From NCBI GenBank assembly GCA_001189105.1, contig LFCL01000020.1, positions 1 to 45,470 on the forward strand: a stretch of 45,470 nucleotides of DNA, in the 5' to 3' direction. How positions within the stretch are numbered: the stretch's first letter is position 1; the number at the start of each line of letters is the position of its first letter. This DNA is from Parcubacteria bacterium C7867-002 (GTDB taxonomy: Bacteria; Patescibacteriota; Minisyncoccia; Phycocordibacterales; PALSA-1337). A program made the translations under genes and the position numbers. The notes beneath the pieces are model-generated. The model saw only the letters and a program-made list of their open reading frames with translations. It made no database searches and had not been told where the DNA came from. This document shows positions 8,610 to 18,457 of this stretch, one piece after another.

Positions 8610-9788
8610 ATGGCAGATTTCAATCGTTCAAAGCCTCACGTAAACGTGGGCACAATCGGTCACGTTGACCACGGCAAGACTACTTTGACAGCTTCTATCT
8701 TGGAAGTTCAATCAAAGAAAGGCCTCGCAAATGCAAAGGCATATTCAGATATCGCAAAGGGCGGTACTGTTCGTGATGCATCCAAGATCGTTACTATCTC
8801 TCTTGCTCACGTTGAGTACGAATCAGAAAAGCGTCACTATGCTCACATCGACGCTCCAGGTCACGCTGACTACATCAAGAACATGATTACCGGAGCCGCC
8901 CAAATGGACGGAGCTATCCTCGTAGTTTCAGCACTTGACGGTGTTATGCCACAAACTCGTGAGCACATTTTGCTCGCCTATCAGGTTGGTGTTCCAAAGA
9001 TCGTTGTATTTCTTAACAAATGCGACATGGTTGCCGAAGCAGACCTTCTTGACCTTGTTGAGGAAGAAGTACGTGAACTCCTCACTAAGAACCATTACGA
9101 TGGCAAGAACACTCCAGTTATCCGTGGATCAGGTCTCAAGGCTCTCGAAGGTGATCCAACATGGACAGCAAAGATCGACGAACTCATGAACGCTCTTGAT
9201 ACCTTTATCCCTGAGCCAGTTCGCGAAACAGACAAGCCTTTCCTCATGCCTATCGAAGACATTTTCTCTATCGAAGGTCGTGGAACAGTAGTTACTGGTC
9301 GTATCGAGCGCGGTATGATCAAGGTTGGTGAAGAAGTCGAAATCGTCGGTTTCAAAGACACAACAAAGACTGTTATCACTGGTATCGAAATGTTCAACAA
9401 GCAGCTCAAAGAGGGTATTGCTGGAGACAACGCAGGACTTCTCCTCCGTGGTACAGCCAAGGATGGCGTATCTCGCGGTCAGGTTCTTGCAAAGCCAGGT
9501 TCAGTAAAGCCTCACACAGAGTTCGAGGCAGAAGTATACATCCTCAAGAAGGAAGAAGGTGGTCGCCACACTCCATTCTTTAGTGGATACAAGCCTCAGT
9601 TCTATATTCGTACAACAGACGTTACTGGTGAAGTAACACTCTCTCAAGAGATGGTTATGCCAGGAGATACACTCACATTCAAAGTTAAGCTCGTTGCCCC
9701 AGTCGCTCTCGAAGCGCAACAGCGTTTCGCAGTTCGCGAAGGAGGTAAGACAGTTGGTGCTGGAGTTGTAACAAAGGTTGTTGCCTAA
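8610..9788 (+). CDS. tuf: elongation factor Tu
   Basis: [44 protein letters not shown]. Confidence 0.99.
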   Translation: MADFNRSKPHVNVGTIGHVDHGKTTLTASILEVQSKKGLANAKAYSDIAKGGTVRDASKIVTISLAHVEYESEKRHYAHIDAPGHADYIKNMITGAAQMDGAILVVSALDGVMPQTREHILLAYQVGVPKIVVFLNKCDMVAEADLLDLVEEEVRELLTKNHYDGKNTPVIRGSGLKALEGDPTWTAKIDELMNALDTFIPEPVRETDKPFLMPIEDIFSIEGRGTVVTGRIERGMIKVGEEVEIVGFKDTTKTVITGIEMFNKQLKEGIAGDNAGLLLRGTAKDGVSRGQVLAKPGSVKPHTEFEAEVYILKKEEGGRHTPFFSGYKPQFYIRTTDVTGEVTLSQEMVMPGDTLTFKVKLVAPVALEAQQRFAVREGGKTVGAGVVTKVVA

Positions 9789-9798
9789 ATCAGATTTC

Positions 9799-10215
9799 AT
9801 GGTTACTTCAAAAGACACAAAGAAACATGAACCCGCTCAGACTGCAAAATCGGCAGCCCCGAAACCTGCTCGTGCTCGGAAGAGTGCAGCGGTCACGGGT
9901 GCACACAGTGCGCCGCAACTCCGCATCCGCGTTCGAGCCTACGAGCACAAGATTCTTGATGCCTCGCTCCGCCAGATCATGGACACCGCAGCCCGCTACG
10001 ATGCCGAAATACATGGTCCAGTGCCTTTGCCGACAGAGATCAAGAAGTACACGGTCAACCGCTCGTCGTTCATAGATAAGAACTCACGTGAACAGTTCGA
10101 AATGCGTGTTCACAAGAGATTGATCGATATCATCAATCCAAACCCAAAGGTGATCGAGGCTCTCACGAATCTCAGTCTTCCTTCAGGCGTTAATATTGAT
10201 GTAAAAATGATGTAA
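9799..10215 (+). CDS. rpsJ: 30S ribosomal protein S10 with N-terminal extension
   Basis: RIRVRAYEH, GPVPLPT, SREQFEMRVHKRLIDI. Confidence 0.97.
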   Translation: MVTSKDTKKHEPAQTAKSAAPKPARARKSAAVTGAHSAPQLRIRVRAYEHKILDASLRQIMDTAARYDAEIHGPVPLPTEIKKYTVNRSSFIDKNSREQFEMRVHKRLIDIINPNPKVIEALTNLSLPSGVNIDVKMM

Positions 10216-10244
10216 TCGAATTCGACTACCTACCACTGACTACC

Positions 10245-10853
10245 ATGAAATTTATCCTTGGACGAAAACTGAATATGACCCAAATCTTCACTCCTGACGG
10301 AGCGGCGATTCCTGTGACTGCGGTTTCTGTACGTACCAACGTCATTACCCAAGTCCGCACAAAAGACAAGGATGGTTACGAAGCTCTCCAGATCGGAGAA
10401 GGTGCTCGTAAGGTTGCACGTATTGCAAAGCCACAAAAAGGTCATTTCAAGGATTTGGGATCTTTTGCTGCAGTTACGGAATTTCGTGTAGATAACCCAG
10501 TTCTCAAAGTAGGGGACAAGATGGAACTTTCCCAGTTCAATGCTGGTGATGTAGTCACTGTCAGTGCTACTTCGAAAGGTAAGGGCTTCCAAGGTGTAGT
10601 CAAGCGTCACGGTTTCGGTGGAGGACCACGTACTCACGGTCAAAAGCACTCCGAACGTGAGCCAGGTTCTATTGGCGGAGGTCTCCGTACACGCGTTCCT
10701 GTCGGTATGCGCATGGCAGGCCGTATGGGATCTGATCGCATTACTGTCCAAAACCTCAAGGTAGTTCATATTGACCCTACCGAGAATATCCTGTATGTTT
10801 CTGGAGCTGTTCCAGGTCGTCGCGGGACATTGGTTGAAATCGTCAGTAAATAA
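10245..10853 (+). CDS. rplC: 50S ribosomal protein L3
   Basis: KLNMTQIF, SKGKGFQGVVKRHGF, MAGRMG. Confidence 0.98.
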   Translation: MKFILGRKLNMTQIFTPDGAAIPVTAVSVRTNVITQVRTKDKDGYEALQIGEGARKVARIAKPQKGHFKDLGSFAAVTEFRVDNPVLKVGDKMELSQFNAGDVVTVSATSKGKGFQGVVKRHGFGGGPRTHGQKHSEREPGSIGGGLRTRVPVGMRMAGRMGSDRITVQNLKVVHIDPTENILYVSGAVPGRRGTLVEIVSK

Positions 10854-10857
10854 CATC

Positions 10858-11526
10858 ATGGAAACTACTCTATACAACCAGAAAGGTACATCAGCCGGAA
10901 CATTCAAACTTCCAAAGGGTATTTTTGACCTTCCTTGGAATGCTGACCTTGTCCACGAAGTAGTTCGTCTTATGAACTCAAACTCTCGTACCAACATTGC
11001 TCATACAAAGACTCGTGGAGAAGTACGAGGAGGTGGTAAGAAGCCTTGGAAACAAAAGGGTACAGGTCGTGCTCGTCACGGATCTACTCGTTCTCCGATC
11101 TGGGTTGGTGGAGGTGTTGCACATGGTCCTCGCAATACACAGAACTATTCTCGTAAGATCAATAAGAAAACAAAGACAAAGGCTTTGTTTACCGTTCTCT
11201 CTCGCAAGTTCAAAGACGGTGAAATTCTTTTTATCGACAATCTTACATTCCCAGCTCCAAAGGCCAAAGACGCAAAGAACGTCCTCCTTTCTCTCTCAAA
11301 GATCAAAGGTTACGAAAAGTTGGCTACCAAGCCAGAAAACGTTGCTATTTTTGCTCTCGACAAGAGACAAGATGCAGTCACTAAGAGTTTTGGTAATTTT
11401 GGAAACATTTCTATCGAAGAATTCCGTAACATCAACCCTGTTTCGATCATGAACCACAAATATTTGGTCATTTCGAATCCAGCAGAATCTTTGAAGACAT
11501 TAACAGGTAAGACAAAAGAGGATTAA
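10858..11526 (+). CDS. rplD: 50S ribosomal protein L4
   Basis: TKTRGEVRGGGKKPWKQKGTGRARHGS; ATG at 10858. Confidence 0.98.
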   Translation: METTLYNQKGTSAGTFKLPKGIFDLPWNADLVHEVVRLMNSNSRTNIAHTKTRGEVRGGGKKPWKQKGTGRARHGSTRSPIWVGGGVAHGPRNTQNYSRKINKKTKTKALFTVLSRKFKDGEILFIDNLTFPAPKAKDAKNVLLSLSKIKGYEKLATKPENVAIFALDKRQDAVTKSFGNFGNISIEEFRNINPVSIMNHKYLVISNPAESLKTLTGKTKED

Positions 11527-11537
11527 TTTTCATTACC

Positions 11538-11888
11538 ATGGCTTTACTCGGCAAAACAAAGAAAGAAGTAAAAAATGTTCCCGCTGTTGTAGCACACAAA
11601 GCGGAGATCACTTCTGGACCTACACACGCTATCCTTCGTCCTCATATTACCGAGAAGTCTGGCATGTTGAGTCAAACAGGTAAGTACACATTTCAGGTCA
11701 TGAAGAATGCAAACAAGCAATCTATTGCTCGTGCTATCCAAGTACTCTACAAGATTACTCCAAAGCACGTCACTCTTCTCAATCAGCCAGCACGCAATGT
11801 GTTTGTTCGTGGACGCCGTGGAGTCGTTCCTGGTCTTCGCAAGGCGATCGTTACGGTGAAGAAAGGCGATAAGATTGACTTTGTATAG
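11538..11888 (+). CDS. rplW: 50S ribosomal protein L23
   Basis: PHITEKS, KYTF, KAIVTVKKG; synteny. Confidence 0.95.
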   Translation: MALLGKTKKEVKNVPAVVAHKAEITSGPTHAILRPHITEKSGMLSQTGKYTFQVMKNANKQSIARAIQVLYKITPKHVTLLNQPARNVFVRGRRGVVPGLRKAIVTVKKGDKIDFV

Positions 11889-11911
11889 ACTGAATTTTTA
11901 CATTTAATATC

Positions 11912-12766
11912 ATGAAATCATACCGACCAACAACAAAATCTCGCCGTCACATGACAACATTGCCATTCAAGCAATATGTCACTACTGACGAGCCATACAA
12001 GCCTCTTACGGTTGGTTTCAAGCGTGATGTGGGACGAAATGCTCATGGTCGCATTACTGTTCGCCACCAAGGTGGAGGACATAAGAAGCTCTATCGTATT
12101 ATCGATTTCATGTATGACAAGAAAGACATTCGTGCAACCGTAAAGACTGTTGAATACGATCCGTTCCGTACAGGCTATATTGCACTTGTTGCATACAAGG
12201 ATGGTGAAAAGCGTTATGTTCTTTTGCCAAAAAGTATGAAAGTAGGAAACTCTTTCATTGTGTCTGAAAATGCACCTATCGAAACCGGTAACCGCCTTCC
12301 ACTCAAAAAGATTCCTGTAGGTGCCTTTATTTACAATATCGAAATCAAGCCAGGTAGTGGATCCAAGCTCGTTCGTTCTGGTGGATCTTTTGCTCAGGTT
12401 ATCGCGAACGACGCAAGTTACACACACATCAAGCTTCCTTCAACCGAGGTTCGTAAGATTCACGAAGATGCATGGGCTTCTATCGGAGCTGTATCAAACG
12501 AAGAAAACCGTCTCGTAAACATCGGTAAGGCAGGACGCAGTCGCTGGATGGGTATTCGTCCTACTGTTCGTGGTACTGCTCAGAACCCTGTGGACCACCC
12601 ATACGGTGGAGGAGAACAACGCCAAGGCCGAGGTCTTCGCCGTCTCAAGACTCGTTGGGGTAAGCCAGCAGGTAAGGGTCAAAAGACTCGTACTCCAAAG
12701 AAGTACTCAAACGTTTTCATTGTTTCTCGTCGTCAGCCAGGTAAGAACATGACAAGTAGTAGTTAA
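11912..12766 (+). CDS. rplB: 50S ribosomal protein L2
   Basis: GRITVRHQGGGHK, EYDPFR, GKAGRSRW, NPVDHPYGGGE. Confidence 0.98.
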   Translation: MKSYRPTTKSRRHMTTLPFKQYVTTDEPYKPLTVGFKRDVGRNAHGRITVRHQGGGHKKLYRIIDFMYDKKDIRATVKTVEYDPFRTGYIALVAYKDGEKRYVLLPKSMKVGNSFIVSENAPIETGNRLPLKKIPVGAFIYNIEIKPGSGSKLVRSGGSFAQVIANDASYTHIKLPSTEVRKIHEDAWASIGAVSNEENRLVNIGKAGRSRWMGIRPTVRGTAQNPVDHPYGGGEQRQGRGLRRLKTRWGKPAGKGQKTRTPKKYSNVFIVSRRQPGKNMTSSS

Positions 12767-12773
12767 TCTTTCC

Positions 12774-12845
12774 ATGATTCACAAACTCATTACATTTTGT
12801 AAAAGTGTAATCGAATGGTTGTTAGGGAAAGCATTGCCGGAATAA
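12774..12845 (+). CDS. candidate 23-aa amphipathic peptide (MIHKLITFCKSVIEWLLGKALPE)
   Basis: ATG 7 nt after the rplB stop, in the same TTTCC-ATG context as rplV; the stop abuts the terminator. Confidence 0.3.
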   Translation: MIHKLITFCKSVIEWLLGKALPE

Positions 12846-12876
12846 CAAAAAGACCCTTACCGAGGGTCTTTTTGTT
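12844..12876 (+). terminator. intrinsic terminator after rplB
   Basis: AACAAAAAGACCCT-TACCG-AGGGTCTTTTTGTT. Confidence 0.85.
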
Positions 12877-12922
12877 TGCGGAGTTGATTGTCGAATAGAT
12901 ATAAGAAGAGTATTATTTACAT

Positions 12923-13450
12923 ATGAAAAATCCAACCACATTCAACACATTCGATAAACTCAGTGCACACAAAGGTTCAGCTTTACCAGTAATCCTCGCT
13001 ATTATTGCACTCATGTTACTCGGTGGAGCGTATTATTATTCAAAAACAATGAAAGGAGATGTTGTTGCACCAAGTATCACCCTCGTTTCGCCGAATGGTG
13101 GGGAGAATTTGATTATCGGTACAAATACCTCAGTTACTTTCAAGACTACTGGCGAAATCAAAGATACGTACAAAGTTGTCATCTGGCTCGACGAAGGTGC
13201 TGCTCCACTTGCAACTATTTCGGCTACCGAAACTACCCATTCTTTGAAGATTCCAGACTCTGTCTTGATTGGTGGTGACGCTGTCGCTCCACTTCAGCCT
13301 GGAATGTATAAGATCCGTGTAGCTCTCTATGACGGAACACCATGTACTGGATTTTGTATGCCTACAGACGTAAAAGAACTTGCTACTGACAGTTCAGATG
13401 GGGAAGTAACGATTGCGACGTCCATAAATCAGGTTATTCCAGGAAATTAA
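12923..13450 (+). CDS. membrane-anchored or pilin-signal-like protein with an Ig-like domain
   Basis: KG|SALPVILAIIALMLLGG hydrophobic N-terminus; SITLVSPNGGE Ig-like start. Confidence 0.75.
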   Translation: MKNPTTFNTFDKLSAHKGSALPVILAIIALMLLGGAYYYSKTMKGDVVAPSITLVSPNGGENLIIGTNTSVTFKTTGEIKDTYKVVIWLDEGAAPLATISATETTHSLKIPDSVLIGGDAVAPLQPGMYKIRVALYDGTPCTGFCMPTDVKELATDSSDGEVTIATSINQVIPGN

Positions 13451-13568
13451 AATCTCGACTATACTTCCGCCACGTTTTTTCTGCGCACGACAGATTGAAA
13501 TTATTTTAAATTTGATAAAATAGAGACGCCTGCCATTCCTCGTATCATCTTTAATTTTATTTCAATCT

Positions 13569-13895
13569 ATGAAAACAAATAGTACTCCTGTTACCAAGAG
13601 TCATTTACTGGATTACGTTACCAAGTTCGAATTCAATGAATTTCGCGACGAGATGAAAGACTTCCGTACCGATACTCAACGACGTTTTGACTTTATAGAC
13701 AAGAGGTTTGATGCTATAGACCAACGTTTTGGGTCTGTAGATAAGCGCCTCGACACTCTCGATAGAAAATTTGATCAGTTACGAGATGAGTTTAGGGTCC
13801 ATACCGGTACAATTCTTCAACAGTTTCGGGAACATATAGATACGGTTATGGAATATGTGAGATATATAGACGAGAAGAAAGTCGACAAAGAATAA
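13569..13895 (+). CDS. heptad-repeat coiled-coil protein
   Basis: Repeated RFDxIDx/RFGSVDK/RLDTLDR heptads. Confidence 0.75.
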   Translation: MKTNSTPVTKSHLLDYVTKFEFNEFRDEMKDFRTDTQRRFDFIDKRFDAIDQRFGSVDKRLDTLDRKFDQLRDEFRVHTGTILQQFREHIDTVMEYVRYIDEKKVDKE

Positions 13896-13961
13896 TATGG
13901 GTCAAGTTGCTACTTTCACCCAGTAGGCGATTCAGCAGAATCGCTCTTGGAGCCGAAATTG

Positions 13962-14777
13962 CTATTTCACCATTGGTACAATGATCTGAAATGTAGTGCC
14001 TCGATCGATACCTTCTGAGAAAACATTGATTCTTCCGTTGTGGCGGCGAACGATAGCTTGGGCGAGATAGAGTCCAACACCAAAACCTTCGGTGTCAGTC
14101 TTTTGAGCATTGGCAGTTCTAAAGAATTTGGTAAATATTTTGTTGATATCTTTGGGATCAATACCGATACCATTGTCACTGACGGTCACCACAGCCTTTC
14201 TCTTTTCAAATGCGACTGATAATTCGACATTTCGTCCTGGTGGGGAATAGGTCGCAGCGTTTTGTAGGAGAGTCTGCAGAACGAATTCCATGCGAGGTTT
14301 GTCTATATTGGCAAAAATCACCGGCTCGGAACAGCTGACTGCAAGAAACAAGTTTTTTTCATGGAATGTTTTTTTGAATGTTTCAGCGACAGAACGCACC
14401 AATTCGCAGATATTCGTACGTTCAAAGGTATATGAGCTTCGTGTAGCGTTGTCTGAATCAGTCAGTTCAATCAGGGTGCCTGTAAGGTCGATAAGTTGCT
14501 GCGTGGCACGTTGCATATCAGTAAGACCTTGTTTCTTGAGGCTATCTTGTTCGGTCGAAGCCATACCTTCCGTCAGCCATTTCATCTGGGTCAAGGGTGT
14601 ACGAAACTTGTGGGCGATGATGGTGATAAATTCGTATTTGAGATTTTCATTCTCATTGAGTTTATTCCAGATAGCGCCACCCAATCCTTTGACGATCACA
14701 CCGAAAATAATAATGGAGGAAGATATGAGAAGAATAGAGGGAAGGTTTGTAAACATGTAAATCAGTATACCATTCAT
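13962..14777 (-). CDS. orphan sensor histidine kinase (TM, HisKA, HATPase_c)
   Basis: AHKFRTPLT H-box; N-box QNAATYS; DNGIGI; GFGVGL. Confidence 0.92.
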   Translation of the reverse strand: MNGILIYMFTNLPSILLISSSIIIFGVIVKGLGGAIWNKLNENENLKYEFITIIAHKFRTPLTQMKWLTEGMASTEQDSLKKQGLTDMQRATQQLIDLTGTLIELTDSDNATRSSYTFERTNICELVRSVAETFKKTFHEKNLFLAVSCSEPVIFANIDKPRMEFVLQTLLQNAATYSPPGRNVELSVAFEKRKAVVTVSDNGIGIDPKDINKIFTKFFRTANAQKTDTEGFGVGLYLAQAIVRRHNGRINVFSEGIDRGTTFQIIVPMVK

Positions 14778-14834
14778 ATAAAAAAAGACCGCCCAGTTAT
14801 CCAGGCGGTGTGGTGGTGTAGCAAAGTGAAGAAC

Positions 14835-15287
14835 TTAAGACATCTTCTCGATTATTGAAACCAATGATTTTCCGTCATATCGGTACAAAAAACCAGAGGT
14901 TAAGTTTATTTTCTCAAAGAGCTTCAGGTAACGTATTTCGCCTGATTCGGTTTCGATGAGTGCGCAAGTATAATCTGCTTTGAAGGTAGAAAAAAGTACT
15001 TTTACCACTTCGTGTTTTCGCACACTAAGAAGAGTCATCGGCCGACCTTCTTGGAAAAGTGATCCCATAATGAAGCTGTTCACTATCAGGATAGCAATAG
15101 GTATCCAATATTCAGGGTAGGAACTTACCGGATTGTTCGACTCACGAATAATGAGCGATACATTTACCACGATAATGATACCTATACACATTAACAATAA
15201 GCCAGTATTTTTTTTCACAATACATTTCTTTTTTTCAATGAACGATGTGAACGTTATTCTGTAAATCTCTCTAGGCTTTTCTTTCAC
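14835..15287 (-). CDS. hypothetical membrane protein (2 TM)
   Basis: Two hydrophobic segments; TTGACA upstream on the minus strand; start uncertain. Confidence 0.6.
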   Translation of the reverse strand: MKEKPREIYRITFTSFIEKKKCIVKKNTGLLLMCIGIIIVVNVSLIIRESNNPVSSYPEYWIPIAILIVNSFIMGSLFQEGRPMTLLSVRKHEVVKVLFSTFKADYTCALIETESGEIRYLKLFEKINLTSGFLYRYDGKSLVSIIEKMS

Positions 15288-15389
15288 CTACGTATTTACA
15301 GAGTGTCCCAATCGACGGTATTATTTTGTCATATTGTATTTGTTATGTCAATTTATCCGTAATATAAGACATTGAAGCAGAGGAGTTTC

Positions 15390-15418
15390 TTGACTTCTAA
15401 GACCGCTCCTGTTAACAT
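15390..15418 (+). promoter_or_regulatory. sigma70 promoter of the rpsS-rplE block
   Basis: TTGACT-17bp-TAACAT with extended -10 TG. Confidence 0.7.
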
Positions 15419-15445
15419 GCCTGGACGCTCGTTTGAGCCATTTTT

Positions 15446-15793
15446 ATGTCACGATCCCTCAATAAAGGACCATATGTAGATGAGAATCTTCTCAAGAAGA
15501 TCGCTGGTAAGAAGCCGTCAGAAACCGGTACTATAAAGACGTGGTCACGCCGCTCTCAGATAGCACCAGAAATGGTAGGTTTTACCTTTGGTGTCTACAA
15601 TGGTCGTGTGCATATCGATGTGCTCGCTACAGAAGACATGGTAGGTCATCGCCTTGGTGAATTCTCTCCTACTCGTAAGTTCGTTCGTCACGGAGGTAAG
15701 ATGCAAAAGGACATTGAACTCAAAGCAAAGGAAGCAGAAGTTGCTGCTGCAAAGTCTGCCAAGGAAGCTGCAACATCCGCTGCTAAAAAATAA
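15446..15793 (+). CDS. rpsS: 30S ribosomal protein S19
   Basis: [32 protein letters not shown]. Confidence 0.98.
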   Translation: MSRSLNKGPYVDENLLKKIAGKKPSETGTIKTWSRRSQIAPEMVGFTFGVYNGRVHIDVLATEDMVGHRLGEFSPTRKFVRHGGKMQKDIELKAKEAEVAAAKSAKEAATSAAKK

Positions 15794-15798
15794 TTTCC

Positions 15799-16167
15799 AT
15801 GATTACCGCATCCCTTAAAAACCACAGAATTGCACCTCGTAAGGTTCGTTTGGTTGCAGATATGATTCGCGGTAAAAAAGTTGTCGATGCACAGGCAATC
15901 TTGGCTTTCGCACTCAAAAAGGCAAAGAGTCCTTTGGGTGACCTTTTGAATTCTGCCATTGCCAATGCTCAGAACAATTTTAAGCTCGACAAGGAGAACC
16001 TCTATGTCAAAGAGATCATGGTCAACCAAGGCTACGTTCTCAAGCGTTCAATGCCGGTATCTCGCGGTTCTGCACACCCGATCAAGAAACGTACCAGTCA
16101 TGTACGATTGGTCCTTGCTGCACGCGAACCAAAGGCCGCAAAAAAGACTAACAAATCTACAAAGTAA
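15799..16167 (+). CDS. rplV: 50S ribosomal protein L22
   Basis: PRKVRLVADMIRG, SAIANA, KRTSH. Confidence 0.98.
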   Translation: MITASLKNHRIAPRKVRLVADMIRGKKVVDAQAILAFALKKAKSPLGDLLNSAIANAQNNFKLDKENLYVKEIMVNQGYVLKRSMPVSRGSAHPIKKRTSHVRLVLAAREPKAAKKTNKSTK

Positions 16168-16172
16168 CTACC

Positions 16173-16841
16173 ATGTCCCACACCGTACACCCTTATTCTC
16201 ATAGACTTGGAATCATTCGTGACTGGAGAAGTCGCTGGTTCAGTATGCACAAGACATACCGCACCTCTCTCAAGGCTGATGTGTTGATCCGTGAATATTT
16301 ACAAGAAGCACTCCGTGCAAACTATGTCGGTGGTATCGACATCGAACGTACTCAGAAGGTGCTTCGTGTCATCATCAAGACATCTCGTCCAGGTATGCTC
16401 ATCGGCAAAGCAGGGGATGGTGTGGTCAAGCTCCGCGCAAAACTCCTCGCACTTTTGAAAAAGCACAAAGTTGAACTTGCAGGCCAAGAATTCAAGCTCG
16501 ATGTCGAAGAAATCCGCAACCCAGAATCAAATGCAGCTATTGCGGCTATGATGGTTGCCGAGGCTCTCGAAAAGCGTCTTCCATTCCGTCGTGTCATGAA
16601 ACAGACCATCGAAAAGGTCATGGCAAACAAAGAAGTCCAGGGTGTTCGTATCTATCTCGGTGGCCGATTGGGTGGTGCAGAAATCGCACGTTCCGAATCA
16701 CTCAAGAAGGGTCGTATTCCTTTGCAGACATTGCGTGCTGATATCGATTTTGCTCGTGAACGTGCACACATGACGTACGGTGATATCGGTATCAAAGTCT
16801 GGATTTATAAGGGTGAGATCTTTAAGAAAGATCAAAAATAA
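16173..16841 (+). CDS. rpsC: 30S ribosomal protein S3
   Basis: RPGMLIGKAG, GRLGGAEIARSE, PLQTLRADID. Confidence 0.98.
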   Translation: MSHTVHPYSHRLGIIRDWRSRWFSMHKTYRTSLKADVLIREYLQEALRANYVGGIDIERTQKVLRVIIKTSRPGMLIGKAGDGVVKLRAKLLALLKKHKVELAGQEFKLDVEEIRNPESNAAIAAMMVAEALEKRLPFRRVMKQTIEKVMANKEVQGVRIYLGGRLGGAEIARSESLKKGRIPLQTLRADIDFARERAHMTYGDIGIKVWIYKGEIFKKDQK

Positions 16842-16850
16842 ATTCCTACC

Positions 16851-17276
16851 ATGTTATTTCCTAAGAAAGTAAAATATCGAAAGCGCTTTACCAAGCGTAA
16901 GAATCCGATCAAAGAAGCAGGGAAACACGAAACACGTGGCGTTTCTGTCGCATTCGGATCATACGGTCTCAAAGCTATGGCATACTCTCGTATCACTTCG
17001 AATCAAATCGAAGCAGCACGTAAGGTTATGTCTCGCTACGCTACCAAGTCTGGTAAAGTATGGATCCGCATTTTCCCTGACCATCCGTTTACCCAAAAGC
17101 CTGCCGAAGTAAAAATGGGAAAGGGTAAGGGAGATCCAGTTGGCTTTATCGCCGAAGTTCGCCCAGGTCGTATCATGTTTGAGATCGACGGTGTCGATGC
17201 AACTGTGGCTGCCGAAGCATTGCGCAAGGCGGGTACCAAGTTGCCGGTAAAGACCAAGGTTGTTGGACGCATATAA
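16851..17276 (+). CDS. rplP: 50S ribosomal protein L16
   Basis: QIEAAR, WIRIFPD, MGKGKG. Confidence 0.98.
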   Translation: MLFPKKVKYRKRFTKRKNPIKEAGKHETRGVSVAFGSYGLKAMAYSRITSNQIEAARKVMSRYATKSGKVWIRIFPDHPFTQKPAEVKMGKGKGDPVGFIAEVRPGRIMFEIDGVDATVAAEALRKAGTKLPVKTKVVGRI

Positions 17277-17287
17277 TACCTACCATC

Positions 17288-17488
17288 ATGAAAATGAAAG
17301 AAATCACAACCAAAACAGTCGCCGATCTCAACAAACTTATTGCTGAGAAACAGGAATCTTTGCGTACATTCCGTTTCGGAACAGCTGGTGCAAAGACCAA
17401 GAACGTCAAAGAAGGACGTACTATCCGCAAGGATATTGCTCGGATGATGACCGCAATTTCAATGAAAAAGAGCGAAACCACGAAATAA
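17288..17488 (+). CDS. rpmC: 50S ribosomal protein L29
   Basis: RKDIARMMT; synteny. Confidence 0.93.
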   Translation: MKMKEITTKTVADLNKLIAEKQESLRTFRFGTAGAKTKNVKEGRTIRKDIARMMTAISMKKSETTK

Positions 17489-17529
17489 CCTAGACAAAAG
17501 ATCATATTTCCAGTAGTATCACAAATCAC

Positions 17530-17793
17530 ATGGCAACCCTTAATACACAACCAGTAACAGAAACAAAGAAGCCTCAAACTTTCAGTGGAGAGGTTGTGTC
17601 TGACAAAATGAAGGATACTGCAGTTGTTATGATTGCTCGATACGTTAAGCACAAGAAGTATCAGAAGTTCATGACTCGCCGCACAAAGTTCTTGGCGCAT
17701 GATCCAGGCAATACAAAGAAGATTGGAGACAAGGCAACTATCGAGGCATGCCGTCCAATTTCAAAGAACAAATCATTTAAAATAATCGCATGA
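17530..17793 (+). CDS. rpsQ: 30S ribosomal protein S17
   Basis: GEVVSDKMKDT, AHD, CRPISKNK. Confidence 0.97.
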   Translation: MATLNTQPVTETKKPQTFSGEVVSDKMKDTAVVMIARYVKHKKYQKFMTRRTKFLAHDPGNTKKIGDKATIEACRPISKNKSFKIIA

Positions 17794-18161
17794 TACAACC
17801 ACGCTCAATTGTAAATATTGCCGACAATTCCGGAGCAAAGATCGGACGCATTTTTAAAGTGCTCGGTTCATCTCACAAGCGCTATGCAGAGATCGGTGAG
17901 CTTGTGGTTTTGTCAGTACAGAAGGCTGAACCTCGTAAGTCTGTAAAAAAGAAAGACGTTCTCCATGCGGTTGTAGTTCGTCAGACAAAGGCGGTTCGCC
18001 GTAAGGACGGTTCATATATCCGTTTCGATGAGAATGCCGTCGTTATTTTGGAAAAGGGTAAAAAGGAGCCGATGGCTGGTCGTATCTTCGGTCCTATTCC
18101 TCGTGAAGTTGCCGAAGCTGGTTTCAAGACTATCGCTTCAAAGGCGGCCGAGATCGTATAA
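17790..18161 (+). CDS. rplN: 50S ribosomal protein L14
   Basis: ADNSGAK, RFDENAVV, RIFGPIPRE. Confidence 0.98.
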   Translation: MIQPRSIVNIADNSGAKIGRIFKVLGSSHKRYAEIGELVVLSVQKAEPRKSVKKKDVLHAVVVRQTKAVRRKDGSYIRFDENAVVILEKGKKEPMAGRIFGPIPREVAEAGFKTIASKAAEIV

Positions 18162-18184
18162 TGACATTTAATTAATCTACTATT

Positions 18185-18442
18185 ATGCACGTAAAGAAAG
18201 GCGACACAGTTCTCATACTCTCCGGTGATGACAAGGGCAAGACCGGCAAAATCCTCAAGGCATTTCCTCGTGAAGGAAAGGTGGTTGTCGAGGGTATCAA
18301 TACTGTCAAAAAGCACGAACGTCCTCGAAAGCAAGGTCAGAAAGGACAGGTTGTCGAACGTCCAATGCCTATGCATGCATCAAAGGTAGTAAAGGCAGAT
18401 GCCGAAAAGAAGGAAACAAAGAAAAAGGCTGCAAAAAAGTAA
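18185..18442 (+). CDS. rplX: 50S ribosomal protein L24
   Basis: KKGDTV..LSGDDKGKTG, VVVEGIN. Confidence 0.97.
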   Translation: MHVKKGDTVLILSGDDKGKTGKILKAFPREGKVVVEGINTVKKHERPRKQGQKGQVVERPMPMHASKVVKADAEKKETKKKAAKK

Positions 18443-18457
18443 TTTCCCATAACTACC

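Noticed and set aside
13650..13790. Repeat-like DNA as CRISPR or VNTR
   Set aside because: Degenerate heptad coding repeats; no repeat-spacer array or cas genes anywhere in the window
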